A stretch of DNA of 64,000 nucleotides from an uncultured Spirochaetota bacterium. Lineage in GTDB: Bacteria > Spirochaetota > Spirochaetia > SZUA-6 > Fen-1364. Numbering within the stretch: the first letter of the stretch is position 1; the number at the start of each line of letters is the position of its first letter. The position numbers and the translations under genes were made by a program. The stretch covers positions 192,001-256,000 of the forward strand of contig CAWAHW010000006.1 in the NCBI GenBank assembly GCA_963781885.1, in the 5' to 3' direction. The notes under the pieces are model-generated. The model saw only the letters and a list, made by a program, of their open reading frames with translations. It was not told the DNA's origin and made no database searches. Below are positions 48,355-58,564 of this stretch, piece by piece.

Positions 48355-49053
48355 ATGGGTGAAACACTGAGCGATCGCCGCAAAAACCCACAGGATCCCC
48401 GCAGCCTCGTCGACAAGGTGTACGACTATCTGCTGGATCGCATCATCACCGGCGCCATCAAGTACGGTGATGCGATCAATATCAAGAAGGTCGCCGCCGA
48501 GCTTTCCGTGAGCAGCATGCCCGCCCGCGAGGCGGTGAAGAGGCTGGAGCTGGAAGGGGTGGTCACCATCAAGCCGCGCAGCGCCTGCCGCGTGCGCATC
48601 CCCTCCCGACGGATGATCCTGGAAGTCTACGAGCTGCGGGAAGCCCTGGAGGTGTTCGCGGTGACACGCTGCGGCGGCGCGGTTCCCCCCGACACGCTGC
48701 GGAGGATGCAGGACATCGTCGAAGGGATGCGGAACGTCTCCACGCAGCAGGACGCGGTGGCGCGCGCGCACACGGCGGCCGATCTCGATCGGCGCTTTCA
48801 CGAGGAGATCATCGGTCTCGTGGGGAACGAGCTCCTGAGCATCTTCTCCCGCCAGCTCAGCCTCCACGTGAATATGACCCTCATGCACGAGAGGACCTAC
48901 AACACGCTGGAAAAGGAGTGGCCCGACATGCACGCCGAGGTCCTCCGCTGCATCCAGACCGATCCGCCGCAGGCGGTGGGCCTGCTGCGCGAGCATTTCG
49001 CCCGGGCAACGGCCCTCTGGAAGGCGAACGGCGACGATTTCCCGGCGGGATGA
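48355..49053 (+). CDS. GntR family regulator (FCD domain)
   Basis: SLVDKVYDYLLDRI...VSSMPAREAVKRLELEGVV, EVYELREALE and DRRFHEEI. Confidence 0.92.
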   Translation: MGETLSDRRKNPQDPRSLVDKVYDYLLDRIITGAIKYGDAINIKKVAAELSVSSMPAREAVKRLELEGVVTIKPRSACRVRIPSRRMILEVYELREALEVFAVTRCGGAVPPDTLRRMQDIVEGMRNVSTQQDAVARAHTAADLDRRFHEEIIGLVGNELLSIFSRQLSLHVNMTLMHERTYNTLEKEWPDMHAEVLRCIQTDPPQAVGLLREHFARATALWKANGDDFPAG

Positions 49054-49059
49054 ACCGGC

Positions 49060-49716
49060 TTACAATGGCTCCCTCACTCCCCGCACGTGATGGGGGAAGC
49101 GGACGGCGGCCTTTGCGATCTGTCGGACCTGAAAATCCTGCATCGCGCTGAATGACGCAAGGAGCCTGTCCTTGTCGGGATAGACGTCAAGACCGCCCGC
49201 GTCGAGGGCAAGGAGAAGCTCGTGCGCAGCCTCGATGGTGGAAAGACACCACGCCGCGGGCTGGCGCTTGATCGTGAAAAGGCTGGGCGCGCGAGGCTCG
49301 ATCGTCACGCGGGGCAGGCGCATGAGGGACGGGCTTTCCCGCACGATCGTTCGCGCGCCGTGCCACGTCGCATCGACGAGAAAGACGACAAGCCTTCGCT
49401 CGCCGAGCGGAAGGGCCGGCAGCGCCCCTCCGCGCAGGCTGATCGCGCCGTCCCCCGGATACAGCAGGACGGGGAAGTTCAGAGGATCGTCCACAAGGGC
49501 GCGAACCCTCGCGTTGTCGTCGAAGCCGACACCCGGGACGATCTCGCTGTTGGCGAGGTTCAGGCACGTGAGCCGCCCCGTCGTGCATTTCTGGTGACGG
49601 AACTCCTTCGGGTGCATGAGGAGGACGATCCGCGTCCGCGTTTCCATCGGCGGCTCTGACGGGCAGAGGCAGCAGGAGGCGGGACGCCAGCATCGGTAAC
49701 AGGTCTCTCGGGGCAT
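49060..49716 (-). CDS. DTW-domain tRNA-uridine aminocarboxypropyltransferase (TapT/YfiP family)
   Basis: CYRCWRP..CLC, LMHPKE, TTGRL, LLYPG, DATW and LSTIEA. Confidence 0.9.
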   Translation of the reverse strand: MPRETCYRCWRPASCCLCPSEPPMETRTRIVLLMHPKEFRHQKCTTGRLTCLNLANSEIVPGVGFDDNARVRALVDDPLNFPVLLYPGDGAISLRGGALPALPLGERRLVVFLVDATWHGARTIVRESPSLMRLPRVTIEPRAPSLFTIKRQPAAWCLSTIEAAHELLLALDAGGLDVYPDKDRLLASFSAMQDFQVRQIAKAAVRFPHHVRGVREPL

Positions 49717-49735
49717 GGGCGACGCCCGGCGCGCT

Positions 49736-50224
49736 TTAGAACTTGTAGCCGAACTTCTTGAGCATTGCGCGGCGGTCCGCCTTGTCGGCGTCCCCTTCCA
49801 CGCCCTTGGGGGATGCGCCGTCGATCACACCGATGATGCCTCTGCCCTGCTCTGTTCCGGCCACGAGCACCTGCAGCGGGTTTCCCGTCGCGCAGAAGAT
49901 GCGGCAGACCTCGGGGCAGGCCTTTATCTGTGCGAGCACGTTGATGGGGAATGCCCCTGAAAGCACGAGGAAGAAGGTATGCCCCGCCGCCACCGCCTGC
50001 GCGGCGCGCACCGCGTCGGCAACCAGGGTCGTGTCATTCCCCTCCGTGCGGACCAGGCAGGGGCCGGAGGCTTCGCAGAAAGCAAGGCCGTATTTCGCGC
50101 CGGGCACCGTGGAGGCCATGATCTCCGCGACATCCTCCGCGGTCTTGATGAAGTGCGACTGCCCGACGATGATGTTCGCCCCGTCCTGCCACGTCACGGG
50201 AACGACGCTAATGCGCGCGTCCAT
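49736..50224 (-). CDS. Adenosine-specific kinase family (DUF355)
   Basis: NIIVGQSHFIKTAED, FCEASGPCLVR, GHTF, PEVCRIFCATGNP and GRGIIGVIDG. Confidence 0.9.
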   Translation of the reverse strand: MDARISVVPVTWQDGANIIVGQSHFIKTAEDVAEIMASTVPGAKYGLAFCEASGPCLVRTEGNDTTLVADAVRAAQAVAAGHTFFLVLSGAFPINVLAQIKACPEVCRIFCATGNPLQVLVAGTEQGRGIIGVIDGASPKGVEGDADKADRRAMLKKFGYKF

Positions 50225-50226
50225 GC

Positions 50227-51927
50227 TCACCCCCCTCGGAGCGCATCCACGCGCAGCTCCACCACCGCGCAGGGCATCTCGATGCCCCAGTTGGCAAGGC
50301 ACTGCGGATGGATCTCTCCCATGATGCCGATGCTCTTCCCTCCCACCATGATCTGCGCCGCCCGACCGGCGATGAACCGCACGTCGTCCGCGGGCACGAG
50401 CTTCGGCTCCACGGACAGGTAATAGAACAGCGCAAGGGCGTGCGCGTCCACCTCGTTGAAGCCAGCCTCGCGGTCGGCCACCAGGAATGCAAGCGCGTCC
50501 CAGGTGTGCGAGCCCTCATTTGCCGACGGGTCGCGCACAACGATCTTTCCCACCTCGAAGATGCGATGGGGGTAGACCGCGTGCGCCGAGGCAGCCTCCG
50601 AGGCGAGCAGGTTCGGGATGATGGAGTTGCGCACGACGTCGAAGCTCTCCGTCATGGGGTTGGCGATCTCCAGCACCTCCGTGCCGTCGATGCCCATCTT
50701 CTCCACGATGTCGCGTCGGGAGCCCAGGTAGCCGTAGATCATCTCCTGGTAGCCCAGGCCGACCATGATCTCCCGCACCTTTCGGCCGTACTCTTCTCCG
50801 GGCGACACGCGGCCGACGGTGAAATCCCGCGGCATGATCGGCGTAAAAGACTGCATGCCCCTGCCGATCATGATCTCTTCTATCGCATCCACCGGGTGGA
50901 TGAAGTCGTTCCTGTACGCGGGCGGGGTGACAACGAGGCGGCTTCCGTCGATGCGCACGCGGTTTCCCATTTTCCGGATGCAGGCGGCTGCCTGCTCGGG
51001 CGTGAACGCATCCCCGAGCTTCCTCTCCGCGTCGGCCACCTCCAGCGTCGTCTCTTTCTGGAAATAGTAGGGCGTGGAAATGGTGCGGCCGTAGCGCGTG
51101 TCGGTTTCGTATTCCACCGACACAGGCAGGATCGTGAATCCCATGTCGGCAAAATCGCAGGCGGCGATGGCGCAGGCGGTGAGAATGATGTCGAGGTCGG
51201 GACCCGTGAGGTCGATGAAGAGGCGGCGGTCCCCCGGCTTCACGCCGCCAATGCGCGCGGAGTTGATGACGGGCGGGAAGGTGAGGACCTCCCCCTTGTC
51301 GTCGGAGAGGAGCGGGAACCTCTTGTACCGGGAAACAATGTGGCCGTAATCCTTGCCCTTGGGATGCTGCGTGAGGATCTCCCGCAGGGAAAGGGATTTC
51401 GGGAAATCAAGCGGCACGAAACGGGTCGCATCGGGGTCCGCGGCGGTGTAGTGCACGGGCCACGTGATCAGGTCCGCGCGGGAGACGCCCATTGCGATCG
51501 TTGCGCGCTTCCTGCCGAAGTTGCCGCAGAGCTTCTCCTGGGACTGGATGATCTCACGCAGGAGCGCATCCGTGACTTCCTTGCCCTCAGCCACGAATGA
51601 GGCGATGGACGGGCGTATGCCGGCGAGCCCCGCATCAACGAGCACCCGGCGCTCCCCCGTCTCCTGCATGGCGCCGGCGCGCGAGAAAAAGGGATAGGAG
51701 GGCGTCTTGCCCGTGAGGTAGATGGAGAGCTGGCGCGCAAGCCCCAGCGTGGACCAAAGGTCGGGCCGATTGGTGTCGTTCAGCTCGACGCGCATGACAC
51801 CGCTGCCGGGCGTCCACTCGTCCAGCTCCGCTTTGGCAACGACCAGGAGCTCGTCCAGCTCGGGCTTGCTGTATTTCCTGCCCAAAGCCGCAAAGAACAG
51901 GTTTTCGTTCACGTCGATTTTCGGCAT
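50227..51927 (-). CDS. pheT: Phenylalanine--tRNA ligase beta subunit (short archaeal/eukaryote type)
   Basis: DTNRPDLWS, QEKLCGNFGRKR, FPPVINS, PAYRNDFIHPVDAIEE and GEIHP. 566 aa, without the bacterial tRNA-binding and FDX-ACB domains. Confidence 0.95.
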   Translation of the reverse strand: MPKIDVNENLFFAALGRKYSKPELDELLVVAKAELDEWTPGSGVMRVELNDTNRPDLWSTLGLARQLSIYLTGKTPSYPFFSRAGAMQETGERRVLVDAGLAGIRPSIASFVAEGKEVTDALLREIIQSQEKLCGNFGRKRATIAMGVSRADLITWPVHYTAADPDATRFVPLDFPKSLSLREILTQHPKGKDYGHIVSRYKRFPLLSDDKGEVLTFPPVINSARIGGVKPGDRRLFIDLTGPDLDIILTACAIAACDFADMGFTILPVSVEYETDTRYGRTISTPYYFQKETTLEVADAERKLGDAFTPEQAAACIRKMGNRVRIDGSRLVVTPPAYRNDFIHPVDAIEEIMIGRGMQSFTPIMPRDFTVGRVSPGEEYGRKVREIMVGLGYQEMIYGYLGSRRDIVEKMGIDGTEVLEIANPMTESFDVVRNSIIPNLLASEAASAHAVYPHRIFEVGKIVVRDPSANEGSHTWDALAFLVADREAGFNEVDAHALALFYYLSVEPKLVPADDVRFIAGRAAQIMVGGKSIGIMGEIHPQCLANWGIEMPCAVVELRVDALRGG

Positions 51928-51929
51928 GG

Positions 51930-53474
51930 CTACCTGCTCCTCCGGGCACGCACATCTTCTATTGAAGTGGTGAAGAGGTCGCGGATGTCCCGCACTCCCA
52001 TGGAGGACATGGCCATCCTGTCGATGCCCAGCCCCCATGCGAGCACGGGCACCTTGATTCCCAGGGGCTCGGTCACCTCGGGTCGGAAGATCCCGGAGCC
52101 TCCCAGCTCGAACCATCCCAGGCTGGGATGCTTGATGTGCACTTCCACGGACGGCTCCGTGAAGGGGAAGAAGCCCGGCACGTACTTCACTTCCTTTGCC
52201 ATGGCAACCTCTTCCGCGAACATCTTCAGGAGCCCCAGGAGCGTGCGAAGGTTCACCTCCTCTCCAAGCACGATGCCTTCCGTCTGGTAGAAATCGGCAA
52301 GATGCGTGGCATCCACCTGGTCGTAGCGGAAGCAGCGCACGACCCCGAAGTACTTTCCGGGAACGCGCGCGTGGGGAAGGGTCTTCGCGGAGAGGACCGT
52401 GCCCTGGCTGCGGAGGATCAGCCGGCGCGTGAAGTCGCGGTCGAACGTGTATTCCCAGCCGCGGCTGCCGGTCTTCCAGCCGTTCTCATGCGTGGCAGCC
52501 ACCTGGTCCAGCCACGGCTGCTCGATCTGCTTTGCATGCGTGGGGTCCTTGATGTAATAGACGTCGTGGATGTCGCGCGCGGCATGGAACTGGGGCATGA
52601 AAAGCGCATCCCCGTTCCAGAACTCGGTCTCCACCAGCGGGCCGTCGAACTCTTCGAAGCCCAGCGACGCGAGCTTGTTCTTCAGCATTTCCAGGAACGT
52701 GCAGTACGGGTTTCGCCTGCCCAGGAGCACGCGCGTCGGGGGCACGTCGATATTGTAGCGGCGGAACTGCGCCGTCTTCCAGGCTCCCGTCTTCAGCATT
52801 TCCACCGTCAGGGCGCCGGTTTCTTCACCGGTCGCGCCGGACAGGTGCAGCTTCGCGGCCGCGGCAACCCCGTCCGGAGTAAGGGCGTAGGTGACGTCTT
52901 CCCGCTCGACGAGACGGAACAGGCTTCCCGCTGCCCCGCGCTTCTTCGCCTGGGACGCGGCGAGCTCGCGGTCCGCGGCGCCAAGCGCGGCTTCATCCAG
53001 CGGCTCGGTCTGCGCCTTTGCAAGCAGGGCCTGGACGGCCATTTGCCGGAGGGCGAGTGCTTCCTTTCCGCCCGGGGCAACCGCGGCGCGCTTTTCCGCG
53101 TCCATCGCCAGCACTCTGTCCTTCGACAGGCCGCCGAAAGCCGAGCCGACGTCCTTCGCCTCGATGCCGAGTCGCTTTGAAATCTCGGGGAGCGGCAGCG
53201 GCCCCGCGGATTCAAGCAGGTCGAAGATGCGCTGCTCGAAGGTGCCCTTCTGCATGCATTCCCGGCCGAACTCGGTGATCTCATACAGCACGCGCGGGAC
53301 GCGCGCCGTCTCCGCCACGAAGCCCTTTGCCGCGAGCCAGCTCAGCGCCTGACCGGACTGGCCCGTGTTGTAGCCGAGGTCTGCCGCAAGCCGCGTGGTG
53401 CCCAGCGCATCGCCTGCCTGGTAATGCAGCAACACTTTGATCTCGAGGGGATGGAGCTCGCGGTCGGATGACAT
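51930..53474 (-). CDS. pheS: Phenylalanine--tRNA ligase alpha subunit (long archaeal/eukaryote type)
   Basis: FWNGDALFMPQFHAARDIHD, FRYDQVDATH, FPFTEPS, GIFRPE and AWGLGIDR, with a winged-helix-like N-terminal extension. Confidence 0.96.
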   Translation of the reverse strand: MSSDRELHPLEIKVLLHYQAGDALGTTRLAADLGYNTGQSGQALSWLAAKGFVAETARVPRVLYEITEFGRECMQKGTFEQRIFDLLESAGPLPLPEISKRLGIEAKDVGSAFGGLSKDRVLAMDAEKRAAVAPGGKEALALRQMAVQALLAKAQTEPLDEAALGAADRELAASQAKKRGAAGSLFRLVEREDVTYALTPDGVAAAAKLHLSGATGEETGALTVEMLKTGAWKTAQFRRYNIDVPPTRVLLGRRNPYCTFLEMLKNKLASLGFEEFDGPLVETEFWNGDALFMPQFHAARDIHDVYYIKDPTHAKQIEQPWLDQVAATHENGWKTGSRGWEYTFDRDFTRRLILRSQGTVLSAKTLPHARVPGKYFGVVRCFRYDQVDATHLADFYQTEGIVLGEEVNLRTLLGLLKMFAEEVAMAKEVKYVPGFFPFTEPSVEVHIKHPSLGWFELGGSGIFRPEVTEPLGIKVPVLAWGLGIDRMAMSSMGVRDIRDLFTTSIEDVRARRSR

Positions 53475-53479
53475 GACGA

Positions 53480-54695
53480 TTACCTCTGGAGTTTTTCTGC
53501 GAGGGATCTCAGGAACAGCCCGACGTCCGTCACGATGCCGATGGTCTGGCCCGAGCCCCTGTCGGACAGTTTAGTCACGACCGCGGGGTTGATGTCAACG
53601 CAGATCGTCTTCGTCCACGCGGGGATCATGTTCCCCGTGGCAATGGAATGCAGCATCGTGGAGAGCATGATCACCATGCTGCAGCCCTTCACGAGCGCGC
53701 CGTAGGCGCGCTGCGCGGCGAGCATGTCCATCTCGGTGTCGGGCAGGGGGCCGTCGTCGCGCAGCGATCCGGCGAGCACGTAGGGGACGCCTGCCCGGAT
53801 GCACTCGTACATGATGCCGGTCTTCAACGCGCCCGCTTCCACGGCGGCCGGAAGCGAACCGTGTGCGAATATCGCGTTGATCGCCCGGATGTGGTTCCGG
53901 TGGCCTTCAAAGACGGGCCGCGCCGTCTCCAGCGCGATGCCCAGTGACGTGCCGAAAAGGGCGCTCTCCACGTCGTGGACGCCCAGCGCGTTGCCCGCAA
54001 GAAGCGCGGAGACGTAGCCGCCGCGGATGAGGGTCGCGAGTGCCGGGCCGCCACCGGTGTGGATGACCACGGGGCCGGCCACCACGGCCACCCTTCCACC
54101 GTCCCGCTTCTGCCGGGCAAGCTCGTCGGCAACCCGTGAGATCGCCACGTCGACGCTGCGCTCGGAGGAGACGTCGTTCGCCATGAAGCCGAACTCTTCG
54201 CTCTCCTGCTCCTTGAACGACGGGATGACGCGCACCGACCTGCTCGTGCAGACAATCGGGTCACCGGCCTTCACGCTGCGGATCGAGCCGGCAGACGAGG
54301 CTTCGGCCCTGCACGACGATCACGCCGTCCATGCGCATGTCGGCCACGTCCCGCCACGCGCCCTCCCGGTACACCTGCGTCCGCCGGTTGCTCGTCGCGT
54401 AGAAGTCGTCGGGCACGCACGAATCCCGGGGCGCGGGCCGGAGGATCGCTTCGCCCACCTCTTTTTCATAGCAGCCCTGGTTCACGAGCAGGCCGGTGAG
54501 GGCGGCGAGCTTCTCCCCGTCCGCGCAGCTCACCTCGATCTCCAGGCAGGAGGGATCGGTGCGCACCTTGCCCATGGAGAAGGCGATGACGCGGTAGTCG
54601 GCGCCGGCGTCGACGATCGCATTCAGCATGCGCGTGAGGATCCCGGAGTCGATGAGATGGCCTTCGGCCAGGAAGCGGCGGGCGACTGCGGGCAT
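53480..54695 (-). CDS. TIGR00300 family (LOR/SDH-related, ornithine cyclodeaminase-like) protein (one extra base near 54284)
   Basis: EGHLIDSG, PDDFYATSN and MRMDG. Then in the +1 frame FGFM, VAGPVVIHTG, LAGSLRDDGPLPD, MLHSIATGN and TKLSDRGS. Confidence 0.88.
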
Positions 54696-54701
54696 GCGGA
54701 G

Positions 54702-55250
54702 CTAGAGGTGAAGCTCTTTGGAGAACTGGTCGATTGCCATGCGGGTGAAGGCGATCTTGTCGCGCGCGAGCTCCCTGCTCTTCTCGAAGTGGAACTTCTC
54801 CGTAAAGGACAGCTCGCGCGAGATGTACTGGAGGATCTCCTGCATGGTCTTCATGTTGTACCAGATGAAGGCGCCCACGGAGAGCCGCGCGAAGCCGACC
54901 GCCCCGATGGAGTCGAGCAGGTTGGCGTCGAAGAGCAGCTTTGCTTCCACCGAGCCGGGGTTGCCATTCGGCATGTGGTTCACGATCGCGTCGACCACGA
55001 TGGGGATCTTCTCCGGGATGAATCCCGTCTCATGGAGGATCGCTTCGGCCCGGTCCGCCGAGCTCTGCGGGTGTCCGACCGACATCTCGATGTCGTGCAG
55101 GAAACAGGCGGCGTGGAGGACCTCCTCGTCATGCTCGACGCCCTCCGCGATCTCGCGCGCGAGGTGGTAGACGCGGAAGGAATGCTCGTACCCCGACCCC
55201 AACCTGCCTGACGTCAGGTCCTTGGCATACTGTTGGATGAGCTTTCGCAT
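54702..55250 (-). CDS. HD-domain protein
   Basis: HSFRVY...AACFLHDI...IVNH...FDANLLDSIGAVGFAR. Confidence 0.85.
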   Translation of the reverse strand: MRKLIQQYAKDLTSGRLGSGYEHSFRVYHLAREIAEGVEHDEEVLHAACFLHDIEMSVGHPQSSADRAEAILHETGFIPEKIPIVVDAIVNHMPNGNPGSVEAKLLFDANLLDSIGAVGFARLSVGAFIWYNMKTMQEILQYISRELSFTEKFHFEKSRELARDKIAFTRMAIDQFSKELHL

Positions 55251-55383
55251 GGGCGAAGTCTAATCGAGTCGCTGGGCCTGCGCAAGCCGAACGACGCATT
55301 CCGTCATGGCATTCCGGTTGTTCAAAAATTCTGGACGTTTATGATATTTTATATGGCAATTAGCCAATATAAACGAAAAATAT

Positions 55384-55412
55384 TTGACGTTTATTGATTT
55401 TCACAATATTAT
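55384..55412 (+). promoter_or_regulatory. Sigma70 promoter of Lrp gene (probably leaderless)
   Basis: TTGACG-N17-TATTAT in an AT-rich spacer, 6 nt before ATG 55419, with no RBS. Confidence 0.7.
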
Positions 55413-55418
55413 TTATGT

Positions 55419-55889
55419 ATGATCGACGCCACAGATATGAAACTTCTCGACATGCTGCAAAAGGACGGGAGGCTGTCCAATGCGGAAATGGCCGCCGCGG
55501 TTGGTCTGACTGTTTCCTCGGTCCACGAGCGCGTCAAGAAGATGGAGCGCAAGGGCATCATCAAGGGGTACGTCGCAATGGTGGATTCGGAGAAGCTTTC
55601 AAAACCGCTTCTCGCATTCATCAGGTTGACGGTGAACCCGGCGGAGCCGGGGACAGCGGCCATCGTGTCGCTCTGTCTGGCGGAGCCCGACATCCTGGAA
55701 TGTCACAATGTGGCCGGGGAGGACTGCCTGATCATCAAGGCGCGGGCGGAAAGCCCGAAGAAGCTCGAGACGCTTCTCTCCGCCATCAAGGCAAGCGTTC
55801 CGGCGACGCGCTCGGTCACCAGCATCGTGCTTTCAACGTACAAGGAATCATCACTCATTGTTCCCGCGGCTGTGGAAGAAGGAGACTGA
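55419..55889 (+). CDS. Lrp/AsnC family regulator
   Basis: MIDATDMKLLDMLQKDGRLSNAEMA..VGLT..SVHERVKKMERKGIIKGY and ECHNVAGED. Confidence 0.93.
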   Translation: MIDATDMKLLDMLQKDGRLSNAEMAAAVGLTVSSVHERVKKMERKGIIKGYVAMVDSEKLSKPLLAFIRLTVNPAEPGTAAIVSLCLAEPDILECHNVAGEDCLIIKARAESPKKLETLLSAIKASVPATRSVTSIVLSTYKESSLIVPAAVEEGD

Positions 55890-55890
55890 C

Positions 55891-56172
55891 ATGAGCTCGC
55901 TTGACATATCGCTTTCGCTGAACGGCATCGAGCGCCGCGCGCGCGTCATCCCGTCGGAGACCCCCCTCCGCATCGTGCTGTGCGAAGGTGAAACCATGCG
56001 GCTGCCGCGTCGGCCGTCGGAGATCACGGTCCTGGCGGGCAAGGCCTGGATCAGCGAAGGCGGCAGGGACCTGCTGCTGGTTGCCGGCGGCTGCGTGCGC
56101 GTTGGAACCGCGGCAGATTGCCCCCTCATTTCCGCGGTGGGAAAAGAGGCGCTGCTCTTCCAGTCGATCTGA
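55891..56172 (+). CDS. Small cupin-like protein (DUF2917-like)
   Basis: AAGGAG RBS and ITVLAGKAWISEGGRDLLLVAG. Confidence 0.55.
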   Translation: MSSLDISLSLNGIERRARVIPSETPLRIVLCEGETMRLPRRPSEITVLAGKAWISEGGRDLLLVAGGCVRVGTAADCPLISAVGKEALLFQSI

Positions 56173-56228
56173 AGCGGGGCTCCCCGACGCCGCGATAGCC
56201 GCCCGTCACCGCGGCACCACCAGCCGCC

Positions 56229-56744
56229 TCAGGAAAGCTGCAGGTCGTATCGCTCCTCGGTGCGCTCCTTGCCCCAGATGCTGCTTGTCTTTGTCTCGAC
56301 ACGCACGAAACCGCATCGGCAGTACAGCGTGGTGGCAATGGAAAGGGAGCCCTCGGTCCAGAGGGTGACGGTGGAATAGCCGTTTTCCCGGCAGAAGGCA
56401 AGCGCGTCGTTGACCAGAGCGCGGCCCAGGCCGCATCCCCTCAGATCGGAAAGGAGGAGCAGCCATCGCAGCTGGGCCGTCGTCTCGGCGGCCTTCATGA
56501 TGGCGATGCAGCCCCGCAGATCGCCGGCTTTTTCCACCAGCCACAGCCGTTCGCGGCTCGACGGCGGCCAGGCGTAGCCGGCGAATGTTTTCGCGACGTA
56601 ACCTTCAAAGTCGAGACTGTAGCCGTGTTCTGCTGCGTACAGGAGCCCGTGCAGCCTGATGATGGCGCCGATGTCGCCGGGCCGCTGGTCGAATCTCACC
56701 GTCGCCCCCGCGGCGGCGAGGGCACGCTTCAGTTCTTCGGTCAC
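56229..56744 (-). CDS. GNAT N-acetyltransferase
   Basis: PGDIGAIIRLHGLLYAAEHGY, AQLRWLLL..DLRGCGLGRALV and LWT...A..LY...GF. GAGGAG RBS before GTG 56744. Confidence 0.88.
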   Translation of the reverse strand: MTEELKRALAAAGATVRFDQRPGDIGAIIRLHGLLYAAEHGYSLDFEGYVAKTFAGYAWPPSSRERLWLVEKAGDLRGCIAIMKAAETTAQLRWLLLLSDLRGCGLGRALVNDALAFCRENGYSTVTLWTEGSLSIATTLYCRCGFVRVETKTSSIWGKERTEERYDLQLS

Positions 56745-56778
56745 CCCTCTTCTCCTCATCCATGATAGTATGCGTGTC

Positions 56779-57891
56779 ATGGAGATTTTTGAAGCCGTCA
56801 CCCGCGCCGACCGGCGACGATTCATCTTTTACCCCCGCAGCGCCTATGCCGCGGATCCGCGGTGGGCTCCCCCTCTCTGGATGGACGAGCGCGGCGCGTA
56901 TAGCGCGAAGAAAAATGCCATTCTCGCGCATTCCGACTACACGCTGCTCCTTGCGGAAGAGAACGGCCGGATCTGCGGCCGCAGCCTCGTGTACGTGGAC
57001 CGGGCCTTCAACGATTTCTACAAGACCCACACGGGCTTTTTCGGCGCATTCGAATGCGCGCAGGACGTCAATGTCGCGCGCGCGCTGGACGACGCCGCTG
57101 TCGGGTGGCTGCGCGCGCGCGGCATCGACCGGGTGCGCGGACCGATACACCCCGTGGCGGAAAGCTGGGGGTTCCTCCTGCGGGGATTCGAGAGCCCGCC
57201 CGTCTTCATGGCGCCCTACAACCCGCCCTGGTACAACGACTTCATCGAGCAGCTGGGCTACGCCAAGGTGAAGGACCTGCTTGCCTACGAGGCGAGCACC
57301 GACCGGGGGTACAGGATACCCGAGCGCTTCTCGCGCTTCAGCGAGAAGATGCTCGCTCCCGAGACGGGCCTCACCGTGCGGCCGCTCTCGATGAAGGACC
57401 TCGTGCGCGACGCCGACGCGATCTATGAGATCTCCAACGTGGCGCTCAGGGACAACTGGGGATACGTCCCGCTCAACCGCGGCGAGATGCAGGACATGTT
57501 CCGCCGGCTGAAGCCCATCGCCGATCCGCAGGCGATATGGTTCGTGGAGGACCGGGGCAGGCCCGTGGGATTCGCGCTCGGCTTCCCGGACCTCAATATC
57601 GTGCTGAAGAGAATCGGGGGAAGGATGCTGCCATTCGGCTTCATCGACCTTCTCCTGGGCATCCGCAAGGTGAAGGACTACCGGCTTTTCGGGCTTGCCG
57701 TCCTCCCTGAATATCACGGCAAGGGCCTGGACGTCCTGCTCTACATGGAGATATACCGCGCGCTTTCCCCGCGAATCCGCCGGCTGGAGGCAAACTACAT
57801 CCTGGAGGACAATGCGAACATCCGCAATGCGCTGGAGAAACTGTGCCTGGAGCTCGTGAAGGTCTACAGGATATACGAGAAGGCGATCTAG
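56779..57891 (+). CDS. GNAT-like protein (YghO-like, tandem GNAT fold)
   Basis: DPRWAPPL, GFFGAFEC, MAPYNPPWY, NWGYVP, PDLN, LAVLPEYHGKG and YILEDN. Confidence 0.82.
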   Translation: MEIFEAVTRADRRRFIFYPRSAYAADPRWAPPLWMDERGAYSAKKNAILAHSDYTLLLAEENGRICGRSLVYVDRAFNDFYKTHTGFFGAFECAQDVNVARALDDAAVGWLRARGIDRVRGPIHPVAESWGFLLRGFESPPVFMAPYNPPWYNDFIEQLGYAKVKDLLAYEASTDRGYRIPERFSRFSEKMLAPETGLTVRPLSMKDLVRDADAIYEISNVALRDNWGYVPLNRGEMQDMFRRLKPIADPQAIWFVEDRGRPVGFALGFPDLNIVLKRIGGRMLPFGFIDLLLGIRKVKDYRLFGLAVLPEYHGKGLDVLLYMEIYRALSPRIRRLEANYILEDNANIRNALEKLCLELVKVYRIYEKAI

Positions 57892-58512
57892 TTCATCGAA
57901 GGCTTGAAGCCCGTCTGGAGAATGATCTGGTAGAGGGGCCCCTTGCGCGCAAACGCATCGGCCCAGGCGCCCGCCGCGTCGCGGGTGAACACGATCTCCC
58001 GTTTCGCGGGTATCACCACCCAGGTCTCGGCCTTGAGCTCCCCTTCCACCTGCCCGGGGCCCCAGCCGGAATCAGCCGGCGTAGACGCGCACCTCGGGAC
58101 GCTCATCCTCGGGCATGCTGCCCCAGTCGTCCCGAAGATAATCCACGAGCATCCGCGTCGCGGGCTCTGAGAACACTCCCTCGATCGGCTCGTCCGGCTG
58201 CCCCTGCGGACCGTCGGAGGGAAGGGCGGAATGCAGCACGAAGAGCACCTCCTGCTGCACGGGGCCGCCCACGAAGACGGGGATGGAGGCCGCGGCCGTT
58301 CCGTCCAGCCCATCGATCAGGTCTCCCAGCGTGAAGGGGGAAGGACGATTAACGACAAGGCCGAAGGCGCCCTTGTCGTCGTGCGTGATCATGAGCACGA
58401 CCGTATTCCTGAAGTTGGGGTCTCCCAGCTCGATCTCCGAGACGAGGAAGCAGCCGGTCAGCCTTTCCGGGTCGCCCGTGGGGTGTGTGTCGGCCTCGCT
58501 CCCGCCGCTCAT
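57888..58512 (-). CDS. YqgE/AlgH family protein (one extra base near 58073)
   Basis: DPNFRNTVVL..HD..GAFGLVVNRP and GGPV. YAG continues as (Y)SGWGPGQVEGE after removing one G. Confidence 0.88.
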
Positions 58513-58564
58513 TGAGTGAAATCTACAGCAGGGTCGCGTGCATGACAACTGCGCCGCGCCGGTC

